From: Klebsormidium nitens
Taxonomy: Eukaryota; Plantae; Klebsormidiophyceae
Direction: 5' to 3'
Assembly (NCBI GenBank): GCA_000708835.1
Contig: DF236960.1
Span: forward strand, 3,235 to 67,234
DNA: 64,000 nt
A model generated the notes under the pieces. It worked only from the letters and a program-made list of their open reading frames with translations, did no database searches and was not told where the DNA came from. Below are positions 39,167 through 52,000 of the stretch, one piece after another (position 1 is the stretch's first letter; each line of letters begins with the position of its first letter). A program made the position numbers and the translations under genes.

Positions 39167-42100
39167 CTATTCACCATCAACGTCAAGTAACGGGGTCTCA
39201 CGGGCCCCGTACTTCCGAATCTCGTTCCGGATCTCGTTAACCTTCCCCGGTGCCGCGGCCGCGGCCGCGTCGCCCGACCCAATGACTGTGCCCGGTACGC
39301 TCTCCCCGGGGGCCGATTCCGCCGCTAATTTGACCCCCCCGGGCGCGGGCTTTCCCTCGGCGGCCTTAACCCCCGCGGCTTTCAGCGGCTTAACCTCAGC
39401 GGGCTGCACCTTTTTGCTCCGGAAGAAGCCGATAAACCAGTGGCCTAACGCGGGCAGGACCTTCTTGTACCCGAACTTGAGCGCGTTGTCGAGGCTCATC
39501 ATGTCCTTCAGGCCCCCGGGTGACGTCAGGACCGCTGACGTCATCAGGTCGCTGTCGTCATCGTCCCCGCCGTCCCCGGAGTCGTCCGACTTCTTCTTGG
39601 CGGCGCCGGCCTTTTTGGCCTTGCCGTCTTCTTTGATGGTGAAAAAAATGCCGAACGCGGTCGCGACGAAGGGGAAGAGACCGCCCATTTGGGAGACGAT
39701 TCCGGTAATCGTGACGGGGTCTTTTTCCACCACCTTTTCGACCCCCCTGCAAAGAACGAGAAATAATATCTGAATGATACAGAAAATGGTCGCGACGAAG
39801 GGGAAGAGACCGCCCATTTGGGAGACGATGCCGGTTATCGTGACGGGGTCTTTTTCCACCACCTTTTCGACCCCCCTGCAAAGTCAAAACTTTTATTTCT
39901 TCTCTGGTTCTCGGTTTGACCACAATAGATATTGTCGCGACGAAGAGGGAGAGACCGCCCATTTGGGAGCCGATCCCGCTTATCGTGACGGGGACGTTTT
40001 CCACCACCTTTTCGACCCCCCAGCAGAGAAAAAGTATCGGACTTTCGAACTTTTTGCAAGGGACAGAGGAGATATCAACGGGGTGGTGGCTTTCAAGGGC
40101 GGAAGACCGCACACGTCGGAGACAATCTCGGCAATCGTGACAGAAACTTTTCCCCTCCCCTGCAAAGGAAGAGAAATCTTATCTATTTCTGAAAGGACGA
40201 ATGGAAATGACACAGGAAATGGTCGCCACGAAGGGGGAAAGACCGCCCATTTGGAAAACGACCCCGGTAATCGTGACGGGGTCCTTTCCCACTACTTTTT
40301 TGAACCCCCTGCAAAACATGAAGCTGACTAGTTTGAAAACTTTTCCTTTTAAGAAGCATGCTAGAAGCGAGGAAACAGTCGCCTTCGAGGTAGAAAGATC
40401 GCCCATCTCACTATGTTTGTATCTCTGATACGTCAGCACCCTGCTTCTAGAAAATGTCATCGACCGTCATCACGAGGGGGCCCCCAATCTATACACGACA
40501 ACGCACTTGACGGCGAGCCGAACTACTTTAATAAAAAGAAAAAAGGTTGATCTCGCCACTGACATCATCGTTGAGAAAACTGGTGAGACAGTGCAAATCA
40601 CGAAGGGAGATCATCGGGTCAGCTTAACCTCACCTCGTATCCAGAACGAAGTGAACTAGAGCGAAGGTCGAGTAGCCGTACGGGCGTTCCAGTCCGTCGT
40701 CGTCGGGCAGCGGAATCAATGCTCCGCTGACGGAGTTCGTTATGAAGGACGCCTCCTGGGAGCATTGAGGAATCAAAATACCAGTAAGAGACCTGTCTAT
40801 GAGGGTCCAAGTTGGGAGGATGCAGCTTTGGAGCCTTCTTTTCCAAGCTGATACCGGGAATGTTAAGGGGGAACCACAATCTTTAGTCCTCTTGTCAGCA
40901 AGGAAACAGGGGAGCTTGACCTCGCAAACACACTCGTTTTATCAACAGAATTAAATGGTGTAGGCACAGAATCAAAAAGGATATAATGCATGAAAGATTC
41001 CAGTCATTCGCCCACCTGCGTTCCGTCCAGTCCGAAGCGGATCGACATCGAGATCGTGACGGTGGTGACGGCGTTCATCGGAATGAACACCGGAGTGGAG
41101 CCGGTAAGCTTTCCATCGTCGTTTGGCGGGCCGTAGTGTAAATACGCCTTGAGCTGGTTAATGGGCATCACGTACTCTGATTCGTCCGTCAGATTTAGCT
41201 TTTGAAGCGGCGCCTGCAATTGGGGTTAATCTTTTGAGTTCGGTGTGGTTATATAAAGTCTGCTTACGGTTTCGGGTTGGTGGGTTTGAAAGTTCGTTTT
41301 AGTAACCGTAAATCAACGGGCCGTAGTGTGAACATTTCAAAAAATCTCCGCTCAAATCACCGATTCGTGTCAATTGCGCCTCACCGATCGATTGAAGTAG
41401 AGCCCGGCGAAGAAGTCCGGGAAGTCTTCGATGAAGGCGGGCAGGCTGGTGTTGAGATCATAACCCTTATTCTCTGTCCAAGCTGATCACAATATCGTGC
41501 TGAATGGTCTTCAACAAATGCTCACCGATCGGTTGAAGTAGAGCCCGGCGAAGAAGTCCGGAAAGTCTTCAATGAAGGCGGGCAGGCTGGTGTCGAAGCT
41601 GAGGCACTGGTCGACGCAGTTGCCGGGGCCCTCGTAGCAGTCCCACCAGTTAGTCTCGCCCAAGGCCTGGAACAGTAAGAACGTTTGATGTTACCATTGA
41701 GATTATACTGCTTTAACAATTCACATTATATCAGCTGGCAATTTTTGGGCAAAACAAATCAAAGCTCGCAGTCCCACCAGTTTGTCTCGCCCAATGCCTG
41801 GAGTTAAGGGAATCTCACGGGGTCGATTCCACATTTGCGTTGGTCAACACATAACACAGAATTTTGTCTGGAAGGTGATTTGACGGATTCGTTGTACATG
41901 TCTACATCGCGCCGATACAAACTACAGCCACCTCCTCTCGCAATGTTTCAGAGTAAATCTTGCGGTTGAGGCCGGTTGACACTCGCGTACCAATGTTCTG
42001 GGTACCTAAGTAGAGTCGCTAACCCAACCGGTGACTAGTCCGCTGAACCCGTATCAACCTAAACCTCGACCTTGAAGTCTTGTTGTGGCTGCGGTTGCTG

Positions 42101-44375
42101 AGCGTTGGAGGATCGGCCCATCATAATACAGAGCGTCACTAAGTCTATTTGCGGACCAAGTCTGTTTGCGGAACAGCGCTACACTCCATGTCCGGAAAGG
42201 CAGCTCGAAAGTGTTCGAAAGTTCGCTGGTGTCAGAACATTGTCAAAGGGCGCCATGAATCGCATCCGCATCGCGCCAGACAGCGAGAGCGTGGAAACGC
42301 TAGCTTTGGATTACAACGAACACTGCAGAAAAAGGCCATCGTTAATCGTTAATCGTTAATGATCGAATTTTGATAGTACGCGCGCTCCACCTTTTCACCC
42401 ATCCCAGCACTGGGAGGTTTCGCTGGGAATCTGCTGCGAAAGGATTGGGCGGGTGACGTCAGACTGCTCACCAGGGTGACGTTGCACGTGCTCTCTTCCG
42501 ACCGGTCGAACGAGGGGAGCGACGCGTTGGGCGCCGGAAACGACGCGGGCCCCAGGGCGTCGATGGTCCAGTCGCTGCTGACGCATTCTGCCACGTCAGC
42601 AAGTAATGATGTCAGGGCACTTTGGAATGTCCACTTCCAATTCATGAATGATCCGTATACGAACGCTTTGGAATGCTTAAACCTACCTCTTATCGAGCTT
42701 CGTCCAATACCTACTACAACCCACCCGTTCAGAAAAATACACCTCAAACGTTTTATCTTACGTCGAAGAACCAGATTTGGGATCGACATGCAGCAGCCCA
42801 CTGCTCACGCACAAAGGTAACGGTATGTGCAAATGTCGCTCAGATCCCTCACAGGAGGAGCGTCTTGCACTCGGAGATTGGCCCCTCCAATTTCGCGAGG
42901 CTTGCGATCGAATCCAAATCGAATTGTGAAAAGGACCCACCTGCCAGGATCGGAGAGTCGAACTCGGTCCCGTAGTATTTGAGAATGGAGTCCTCCCAGC
43001 AGATGGAGATCTCCGGCAGCGTGACGTTGCCCTTGAGGATGCTGACCTCACTCGTGGGCGCGTCCCGTTGCGCGAGCGTCTACGAAAGAAGAATTCTTTC
43101 GATGTTAGAGGGAGGATGGCACGCCTTCGTTTTGTTTCTGAGAAATGGATCGTTATGTTTCCCATGTGGGTGACGTCGGTCGAAAGATCACGTCTGATTC
43201 TACGTACGGCCTGCGGAGTGCCAGGTTTAAAAAGTCAACTAGCAAAGCTGAGGAAGAAGCGAAACAGTAAAAATTGAACATGGAGAACAGACGTGATCAG
43301 CGAGAGCGGACATCCGAAGGGTAGAACAGGGTAGATCTTACTGTTCAAGTATGGTCAAGACGCCACCGCAAGGCCACGCGCACATCTAGAATCACTCGGA
43401 CTCGGGCCACGTATCAAAAAGTGAGCCAGCGCAGAACAGAGAAAGAAAAGAATGGATTGCAAAGAAGCGAGGCACAGCTTAAAGATGAGCGGGACGTCAA
43501 AGAAAGGAAAAAGGATGAGATGTCTTACGTCGTTGATTCTGGAAACGCACGTCACTGCCCATTCACTCATCTGGATTCCGCGGACTATCGGGCCCGGAAT
43601 CCACAAACATACCAGCACACAAACGAGAAACCCGTGAAATACAAAGGAGCAACGCACAGCAAAAGGCCGCAGAAAGGAAAGCCGGATGAGTCGTCTGACG
43701 TTGATAATTGTGAAGACGCACGCAACAGCCCATGCGCATATGCACCCAAGTCGCTGGCTCAAGGGCCCAGGATTTGAAGCCGACCAGCAGGAGAATGAAG
43801 GAGGAGTGGGAAAACAAAAGTCAGGCACACCTTCAAAAACAAGTTGGCCGACAATCCAAAGGAACAAGGGACGAACTCTTTTATGTTGATGACTTCGGAG
43901 ACGCACTTTATCGCCCATCCGAATTCGTCCTACTGTCGAGGCCAGTATCGGAAAGTTGAGCAGTACAACCGAAAAAAGAAATGAGGAGGATACCAAGAAG
44001 TGAAGCCCAGCACGAGGAAAAACGCAAACCGGAAAATCAAAAGGAAGGAGGAATGGGAAAAAGGGTGGATTTCCTTACGTTGATGATCGTGAAGACGCAC
44101 GCTACCGCCCATCCGCACATTACAATCACCTTATTGGGCCAGTAGCAGAGTCGAAGTTAAACATCGAAAAGAAGAAGCATAGGTTAGTCGAGCATACAGC
44201 ACAACTAGACCGAGCACACACTAGCTAAACGGCAGAAGAAGAAGAAGATGAACCATCTTACGTTGATAATCGTGAAGACGCACGCTACCGCCCAGCCGCA
44301 CATTAGGATCACCCAGATGACCCATGCTGGCTTCCGCTCCCGGACGTTCACGTCCAGGGGGAGAAGGAATCCCAT
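39167..44375 (-). CDS. Two-TM membrane protein with DEG/ENaC/ASIC- or PAC(TMEM206)-like fold signatures, putative ion channel, about 469 aa, 7 exons
   Basis: complement join(44375-44262,43079-42941,42587-42472,41666-41526,41213-41016,40755-40634,39746-39167); 1410 nt, all GT-AG, phases consistent. TM1 WVIWVILMCGWAVACVFTII; post-TM1 PTSEVS...VTLPEISIC; a ~250-aa loop with 6 Cys and 5 N-glycosylation sequons; pre-TM2/TM2 VHFVLDTRGVEKVVEKDPVTITGIVSQMGGLFPFVATAFGIFF; long K/A/G/D-rich cytosolic tail. Confidence 0.85.
39789..40420 (-). repeat. Tandem copies (about 5) of the last-exon acceptor plus TM2-coding start of the channel-like gene
   Basis: Units of TTGCAG|GGGGGTCGAAAAGGTGGTGGAAAAAGACCCCGTCACG...GGCGGTCTC at about 39857, 40020, 40160, 40310 and a weak one near 40400. 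Confidence 0.92.
43517..44125 (-). repeat. Four degenerate copies of the exon-1 3' end plus donor (TM1-coding) of the channel-like gene
   Basis: Units resembling TGGGCGGTAGCGTGCGTCTTCACGATTATCAAC|GTAAG near 44078, 43885, 43700 and 43530, spaced about 170-190 bp. Confidence 0.88.
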
Positions 44376-45460
44376 CCCGGCACTGCGTCCGAATCAACTA
44401 GAGTGGGGAGCTTGTCCGAATGTCGACAGGAATCAGGCTCGTCCGTTTGCCTGATTCATGTAAAGAGGGTGGGGTCAATGCGATGCAGGAATGGGTTTTG
44501 CAGAGGGGGAAAGAACCCCCATCCCAGCGCTGCGTCCGAATCAACTAGAGTGAGGAGCTTGTCCGAATGTCGACAGGGAATCAGGCTCGTCCGTTTGCCT
44601 GATTGATGTAAAGAGGNNNNNNNNNNNNNNNNNNNNNNNNNNNNNNNNNNNNNNNNNNNNNNNNNNNNNNNNNNNNNNNNNNNNNNNNNNNNNNNNNNNN
44701 NNNNNNNNNNNNNNNNNNNNNNNNNNNNNNNNNNNNNNNNNNNNNNNNNNNNNNNNNNNNNNNNNNNNNNNNNNNNNNNNNNNNNNNNNNNNNNNNNNNN
44801 NNNNNNNNNNNNNNNNNNNNNNNNNNNNNNNNNNNNNNNNNNNNNNNNNNNNNNNNNNNNNNNNNNNNNNNNNNNNNNNNNNNNNNNNNNNNNNNNNNNN
44901 NNNNNNNNNNNNNTGCTGCGTCCGAGTCAACTAGAGTGGGGAGCTTGTCCGAATGTCGACAGGAAATCAAGCTCGTCCGTTTGCCTGATTGATGTAAAGA
45001 GGATGGGTCAGTGCGATGCAGGGCTGGGTTGTGCAGGGGGGGGAGGAACCCCCATCCCAGCGCTGCGTCCGAATCAGAACTGACGTCTCGTTCGCGTCCG
45101 AAAGAAAACGAGACTTGCCCCGACTTCAGATGGGAGGATGTGGTCGTTCGTTTGCCTGAACGATAATTAGCGGTGGATATTTCGAGTTCGATATCAACTT
45201 GTCCAGGGGGAGAAGGAACCCCATCCCGGCACTGCGCAATCAGAACTGTCGGTCCAACTAGAGTGGGGAGCTAGTCCGAATGTCGACAGGGACGGGGCTC
45301 CACCGGTTTGCCTGGTCGATGCAGACATGGACGGGTGATTCAGTGCGACGATTAGGTCATCCAAGGGGAGAAGGAACACCATTCCTGGCGCTGCGCCCGG
45401 ATTAGAGAAGCTTCGTCCAACTAGAGTGGGGGGCTTGCGCGACTGTTGACAGTGATGTCG
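44357..45460. repeat. Tandem array (about 6 visible units, 150-190 bp) duplicating the start codon and 5' flank of the channel-like gene
   Basis: Repeated GGGGGAGAAGGAA(T/C)CCCATCCCGGCACTGCGTCCGAATCAACTAGAGTGGGGAGCTTGTCCGAATGTCGACAGG...; interrupted by the N gap. Confidence 0.9.
44617..44913. other. Assembly gap (297 N) inside the tandem array
   Basis: Run of N with the same repeat unit on both sides. Confidence 0.99.
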
Positions 45461-48400
45461 GCTCGTAGAAAAGTGGGCTCGCCCTTCCGGCTGATGAAAA
45501 GTAGAAGGGGTTGTTCGTTGTTCCGGTTCCAGGTTGACTTGTCTACACATTTGTTGGAATCAAAGATCGTCCAAATGTGACTGGGCGTATCAAACTCTAG
45601 GAAAAGAGAAGTAAGTAGAGATATTGATAAAGTACTCGCACTGGGACAGGTGAGGTTAAATTGGGGGTTAGGGTGGGTATGGATGTGGAGCAGGTGGCTT
45701 TTGGGTCAAAGGTTTTAGTTTGAGTCGAAGCTTATGTTATCTTGGCTTGTTATCATCTCTCTTAAGTACTATACTGGCGTAGCTGAGGTAGAGGGGACCT
45801 GTGGTGAGGATCAAAGCAAACTTGAACTCAGCCAGTCTACAAGGGACTCTTTTCCAGACGTTGAGCATGCTCCTCCAAGTGTGCAAATCTGTGGCGGGCC
45901 TGAGTTGAGGCTGGAGCAGTTGAGAATACTTCAACGAGGGTGGCTCATTCGACTCTGAGTGGGCTCACGTGTACGTCCAGGATACAAGAGTAGCCTTGTA
46001 GCCTTATTTGCAGTTTGAATCTCAACATTGAGGGACTTCGAGTTGTTTCTTTCCACCGCATGCACGGCACTTAAATCAAAAGGTGTGCATAGTTGGAAGA
46101 CGTGTAGTTTACTTTGATTTACCACCCAAGTGACGAAAAGTAAGTTGTCTCCTGCAACTTAAGACTCGTGTCAAGCAAGGTAAACATCTCCTTTTAAATA
46201 TCACTACCAGACCCATGGTTGTTATACTGTACTACGAGAACGACACGAGTGAGGGAACTGCAAAACTCGAGGGACTAATTCACTCAGGCTTTTTGCAAGG
46301 AAAGGATCTTCTGCAGACTCGAGAGGAAAACAATGTTGACCCTGGGTATTTACCACCTCCTCAAAGTTCATAGGAAGTGAGAAGAAAGGTTGTGCCCCAC
46401 ATTTCAACCTAGGACCGAGCTCGAATCTGCATGGCCAATGTACGAGGAGGCCCAAAATCAGCCCCGCCTCCCGCTCAAGCTGCTCAATTCAATAGTAGTT
46501 TTTGCCGCCCTTGCCACAAGTCTTTGGAACTCGCGCGCACTCATTCAGAAATGGAAATGCAGGAACAACAGAACGTGCTGTAAGGACATCATGGAAACAA
46601 AGCTCGTGAGCCCCAATGGTAATCTTTACACGTTTGCTCACCGGCCAATCTGAGGGTCAGCACTTGCCGCACTCAGCTAACTCCGTTGAGGGCCAGCCCA
46701 GCTTGCATGCAGCTCAAAGGTAATGAGCTCCACTTCCTTGCTTCTCATCATTTCACGTGCAATGCTTCTAATGCAAATGGCGTCTCCTTCTGAGACATGC
46801 AATTGGACTCTTTAAACCAGCACCATTCGCCGTAGCAAATTTCTGAGCACCTGATGCACAATTTTCAGAGTTGGTCTTATGCTGGATAAATGTCAATGCC
46901 TTTTTCAAATGTGCGACCAATGCAGCTAGCTCCTGAAGCTCCTCAAAGAGTCAGCCACTCAGTAGTGTCGTGCGCTTTCCAGAGGTACATACTTATCACT
47001 CAAGTAGATACCGACTTGGTCGAAAAATCAAGCAGCATTAGCCTTAGGAACGCTTTTCTCCAACAAAGCAAGTCAAGGTTATTACATAGCATGTCCGCAG
47101 TTCGTTGTACAAATTAATATCTGCATGGGCACATATGTATATATTGTAGTCATGGGTGCGCATTTCCAGGCTTGCACCTCTATCAGCCACTTTGAGATGT
47201 CCTAAATCAGACAAATATCAACAACTAGCTAAGCTTTGGCTCTGAGGCTGAGCATTCCAAGGCAGCACACAGGCGCAGTGTAAACGTTTTTCACGCATAT
47301 CCCACGCGCGCACTTGCTAAAAAGTCCACTGAGCCGTCGATCTTGGTTGAGCAAAGACTTGTATAGACGGCTGCAAAAGTAAGCTTGCAAGGAGAGTGTC
47401 TGCCGTCGATTGGATTCCCTTGGTCCGAGATGGACGGCTTCAGTATGAGGTTCGACGATAAGGGCAATTTATGATCACATGATCACATGAATCCTGTATA
47501 TCGTCGAAGAACTTTGGTACCGACATGCATGGAGGCACGAGGAAATAAAGAATGGCTTGCCAATGCTGAGCTGCCACAGTTTGATTTGCGCCAGAGAACA
47601 GCTCGCCATGGCTGCTCATTCTGCAAACTTGCAAGCAGAATCGGGCCCATTTACTAAGTAATACTAGTATTATTTATAGGTAGGTAGCCTTGTAACCTAA
47701 GAGAGGGGGCTGGTTCCGAAGGAAGAGCTTTGTAAGACCTTTGCGGCAGCTTTGTGCTCTCTCCTCTGACAATGCTGGTCGAAGAAGCGGAGAAAACGGG
47801 TTTGTGGCAGTGGGTTTCGAAGAAGGTGTGTGACGCCTCTCGGCAGTGGCTAGTCTTCCACCTTTATTCTTGACTGTTTTGCAGTCTTCGTTGTCGCAGA
47901 TCTACCATTGCTGCTGTATGTTTGTGTCAGTTCAAGACTGTACTTTCAGGCCTCTTCTAGCTGTGTCAGCACAGCTTTGTTCACCCCTCACCCTGTTTGT
48001 CTGGCTTTGCTCATCAAACTGTAGGTCTGATAGACAAGGAGAATGTACTTTCTGGAGAAGGGAGACATGAACAAGTTCCAGGACATCTTCATTTGTATTT
48101 TATCAATCTGGTGAACAAGGAAGGGCTTTAGGAACCTTTCAGTCAAGGAGAGACTGGCAGGCAGGAAATGTCCTCTTGAAAGGAAAAGCACAGCGCACGC
48201 GTATAACCATCTAGTTTGAACACCACATTCTGAAGGCAACCTCCTCATTTTGGGGTTCCGTGCTTGTCAGGTTAACCAGTATATGAACATGCAACTCTTC
48301 TCTGCGAGTTGAGGAGTTGTCAAGTTGAAAGCTTCCCCTTTGCTCTGCAATATGGCAGATTAACACCCCTGTTGTGAGTCACTCAATGTGACCAGAGTCT

Positions 48401-49007
48401 GTGGCCCCTCTCAGACATCAGGGCATTAACTTAGCTGTCTCGAAGGTGTTTCCCCACAAACCCCAAATCCAGGTACAAATCCAAGATGACTAGTTTGTGA
48501 TGTAGGCAACCAAGGGAAGCATTCAACGCAGTAGGAATGGTGAACAGAACATCAAATGTAAGAGGCGAGAAGCTTGTTGAGTCATACTAGCATGTCTTCA
48601 ATATTACCCCTGGCTGTTGTGCAGTATTGACTATGCCCCATTTTCTGGTGTAAGAGATCTGCAGGAAAATTCGCAAGGGTTGCGAATTTGCAAAGTAGAA
48701 TAAACTCACTGGCTTATTGAATCGACAAAGATTTCATATCCCGCCGAGACAAAGGCAGACAAATTTCCGGCGGAATTTCTTCTTGACATGTCTCTACCCT
48801 CGTTGAATTTTCTACACCCCTCAGAAAGTGAACTGATGACTCTGCTTTGAGGTTCCTTGTGGCCCCTCTTTCCATCTTTAACCTTCCTTCCTATGATCAT
48901 TTGCAGGTCAAATTGACCCTGAAGCAACTTCATCTTGCACTTTGAAAGCCAACATGCTTGACCACAAGGCCTAAACTGAGCATTGGAGCAAGAGCCTTCA
49001 CACCGTG

Positions 49008-52000
49008 ATGGATAATCACGAGACAGCGCTTCCAACTTGCAATGCTGCCGTGGCATCTGAATGTGACACATGCCAAAGTCCAGAAGGCTTCAAAGGGTTT
49101 GAGACGCCCCCGCTTTCAGCTGCCGCACTCTCGCAGCCCCTAGAAGCCTTGCGCTTCCACCCCTTTGCAACAAGAACCTCTGCACTGACAGCCAGCAAGG
49201 CGGCTGGCGCAGAGTCCTCTTCAGAGGTGTCCACTGCTGAATCTTTGGAACAGGCCTCTACGCACTCACTCCTCCAGACTAGCTCGGTTCACGGCCTGAA
49301 ACGCCTCCGTTCCATCACCTTCTTTGGAAACGTGGAAAATGAGGCGACAGAGCAGAGCCCGACCAAGCGCTTCAGCCCCCAGGGTTTGGAGGTGCAGGGT
49401 TTGGAGGGGTTAGAGCCTCAGGGTTTGGAGGTTTCGGAACGTCCGTACTTTGACGGTTTGGAGATTCAGGTTCCGGCAGGCTTGGCTTCTCATGCTTTAC
49501 AAGTGGAGGTCGGCAGTCCCGGAAGCTGGGCCACAGAAACAGGGTTTGAGGGATTGGAGGCTTTCGACAATGGGTTGGAGACAGCTTCACCACGTTCGCT
49601 GGGGGGGTTTGAGGGGTTTGGGAACGGGATTGAGACGCTGCCAGGTGTGGTTTCCGGGGCTGGGTTTGATCTGTACTCGCCCGCAACGGAGGTGGCCCCC
49701 GAAAGCAGTGCCCTGGGTAGCGACTTTGATCTGGTGGGAGCGGAAGGGTTCGATGTCTCGCCCGAGGTCCTGTTTGCCAGAGCGAACCACGCAGATCTGG
49801 CAGGGACTCAACGGAAACTTTTCAGAGAAAGCGGGCCTTGTCGAGAGTGCGCTTCAGGTGCAGAGGTCCTAGAAGTGATCGTCGTGTTGCGGGAGATGGG
49901 GGTTCTATCGGATGGTGGCACACCGGCAGCTGAGCCCCTGGCGGGGTCGCTCGACGACCTTGCGAGTGGGGACTTCGTCAGTGCACTCGGGAACGAGCTC
50001 TCCGAGTGCTCGGAGTCTGCCGAGAGCGTCGACTTGGAGCGTGGGTTAGGGTTTCAGGATGGGGGTTTAGGGTCCGGGTTAGAGGAGCTGGAGCAAGTCA
50101 CAGGGGGGCAGGAGGAGCAAGCCCGGCGGATGGAGCGCATTGAAGCATTGCTCGCGCAGGAAGTTGTGCGAGAAGCGGAGTTGATCGAGGCCCGCATTGC
50201 GCTGGAGGGAGTAGCGGGAATGACGTCAGTCCCGCAGCGTGTCGACATCGCGACCTGGCTGCAGGGCCTGCGACGGGGCCACGTTTCCCGAGCAGGGGTA
50301 GCGGCGGCAGAAAGCGGGGTTAGGGAGAATGGGTTAGGGGTGGGTTTGGTGGAAGACGGGCTGGCGGAAGAGGCAGACTTCAGTGAGGTCGGGAGTTCGA
50401 TTGGTAACACGAGCATGGCTGTCTTCAGGGGGGACTTGAACAGCCATTTGGGAAGCGTTTTGGGTGAGGACGACGAGGGTTTGGAGGGGTTAGAGGGCCG
50501 GGTTGCAGGCGGTCTAGATGGCGAAACCATGGGCCCAATTCCGGAAAATGTGGGAGGGGGAGATCTTGTGGGGTTCGAGTTGGCGCCGACTGGTGGGGTG
50601 GAGGAGAGAGGTGGTAGAGAGTGGGTTTGGGACGGCTCCGACAGGGTTAGGCACGGTTTGAACGAGGTTAGGGTGGGTTTGGACGGCGTGACGAGGAGGC
50701 GCCGCACACGGGAAGAAGAAGAATTGCCACTACTGGCGCATCTGTCCCCCAGAGTAAGGGGTTTACCCGTCCTTCACTCTGTGCTCTGTACAATTTCCAC
50801 CTGCTTTCCTCCCTCCCTCACCCACATTGTCGTTCTGCAATGCTTCTGTTAGTGCAGTCGAGTACTAAGAGCTATGTTGATTTACGGGCTTGGCCTTGAG
50901 AGTTTACAGAGTCCTACCATCATTGCATAGTGTTGTCAATTTCGTCTGAATTTGGAGTTTGACCTTAAGCCGTGCGTCAATGTGGGGTCGCCCTCAAGTC
51001 CTTTGTTTCAGACTGATGCACCTGCAGAATTCAAAGGATTGCAAGATCAGATGTATCGCTCCCTTTGTTAGGTGCATCTTCAGCAGCTCCCACAACCTTC
51101 ACTGTCATATCAGCCCTTTCCTGAAAAGCACAGGAATGGTTGCCTGCTTGTCAATGTCAGCCTGCTTTCTTATTCCAACTCGAGTGACCTTGCCAAACCC
51201 CTTTTCCTGCATCGTAACTTCTGAGCCACTCCAGTTATACAGTGCTCCAAGAACCCTTCTGAACACATACTGAAAGTTCACGAACTGGCATTCTTTGGGA
51301 TGGGGGCCATCTCTCTGTGGTCAGTTTCTGTGCTTCTCGCACTGAAATCAGTGCTCCTCTTTCTCTTTATGCAGAGCGAAGGTGGTGTCTCCGCAGCGCT
51401 CGACTCGTACCCCCAGCTGTACTACATGGACCAACTGGAAGACGGTGCCGCCTCAGAACAAATCGACCACATCCTGACCGGTAACTGGAACCCTAGGCAA
51501 GCCCTGCGCATGTTAGCCGACACCCAAATGGATGATGTGGCGGATGACGTGGCGGAGGTCAACCTGACGGAACTAGAGTGGACCGCTTTCTTGCGGGAGG
51601 CGCTGCTGGGGGCGTGGCGGCGGGAGGGTGCGAACGGTGGGTTGGAACAGGGTTTGGGCGGTGTGGCAGGGGGTTTAGAAGAGGGTTTAGGGGCGGAACA
51701 GGTGGGTTTGGAAGCAGACTTGGGACGACGGACTCCGGGGGGTTTGCAAGAGGGTTTGGAACGGGGTTTAGGGCTGCCCAACGACGAAACCCTGCGACAG
51801 TTCAGCCTGCTAAACCCAGCGGAAATGGTCGCCGCGCTGGCCGACCCTCGCCTCGTTGCGCGTCTCGAGACGCGGGCCGAGAGGGGGCTGTTCATTCAGG
51901 GCACGCGCGTGCCGCTCCTCGAACGGACGTTCCTAGGGGGCCTGGAGAACGATGACGTCATCCTGAGCGAGAGCGACACCGAGTCGGAGGCCGAGGAGAG

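Noticed and set aside
43355-43996. 213-aa hydrophobic minus-strand ORF
   Set aside because: It is composed of the TM1 donor echoes in intron 1 of the channel-like gene, not an independent gene.
39789-45460. Regular repeats that superficially resemble a CRISPR array
   Set aside because: Units are degenerate copies of host exon ends with related spacers, in a eukaryotic gene, with no cas genes.
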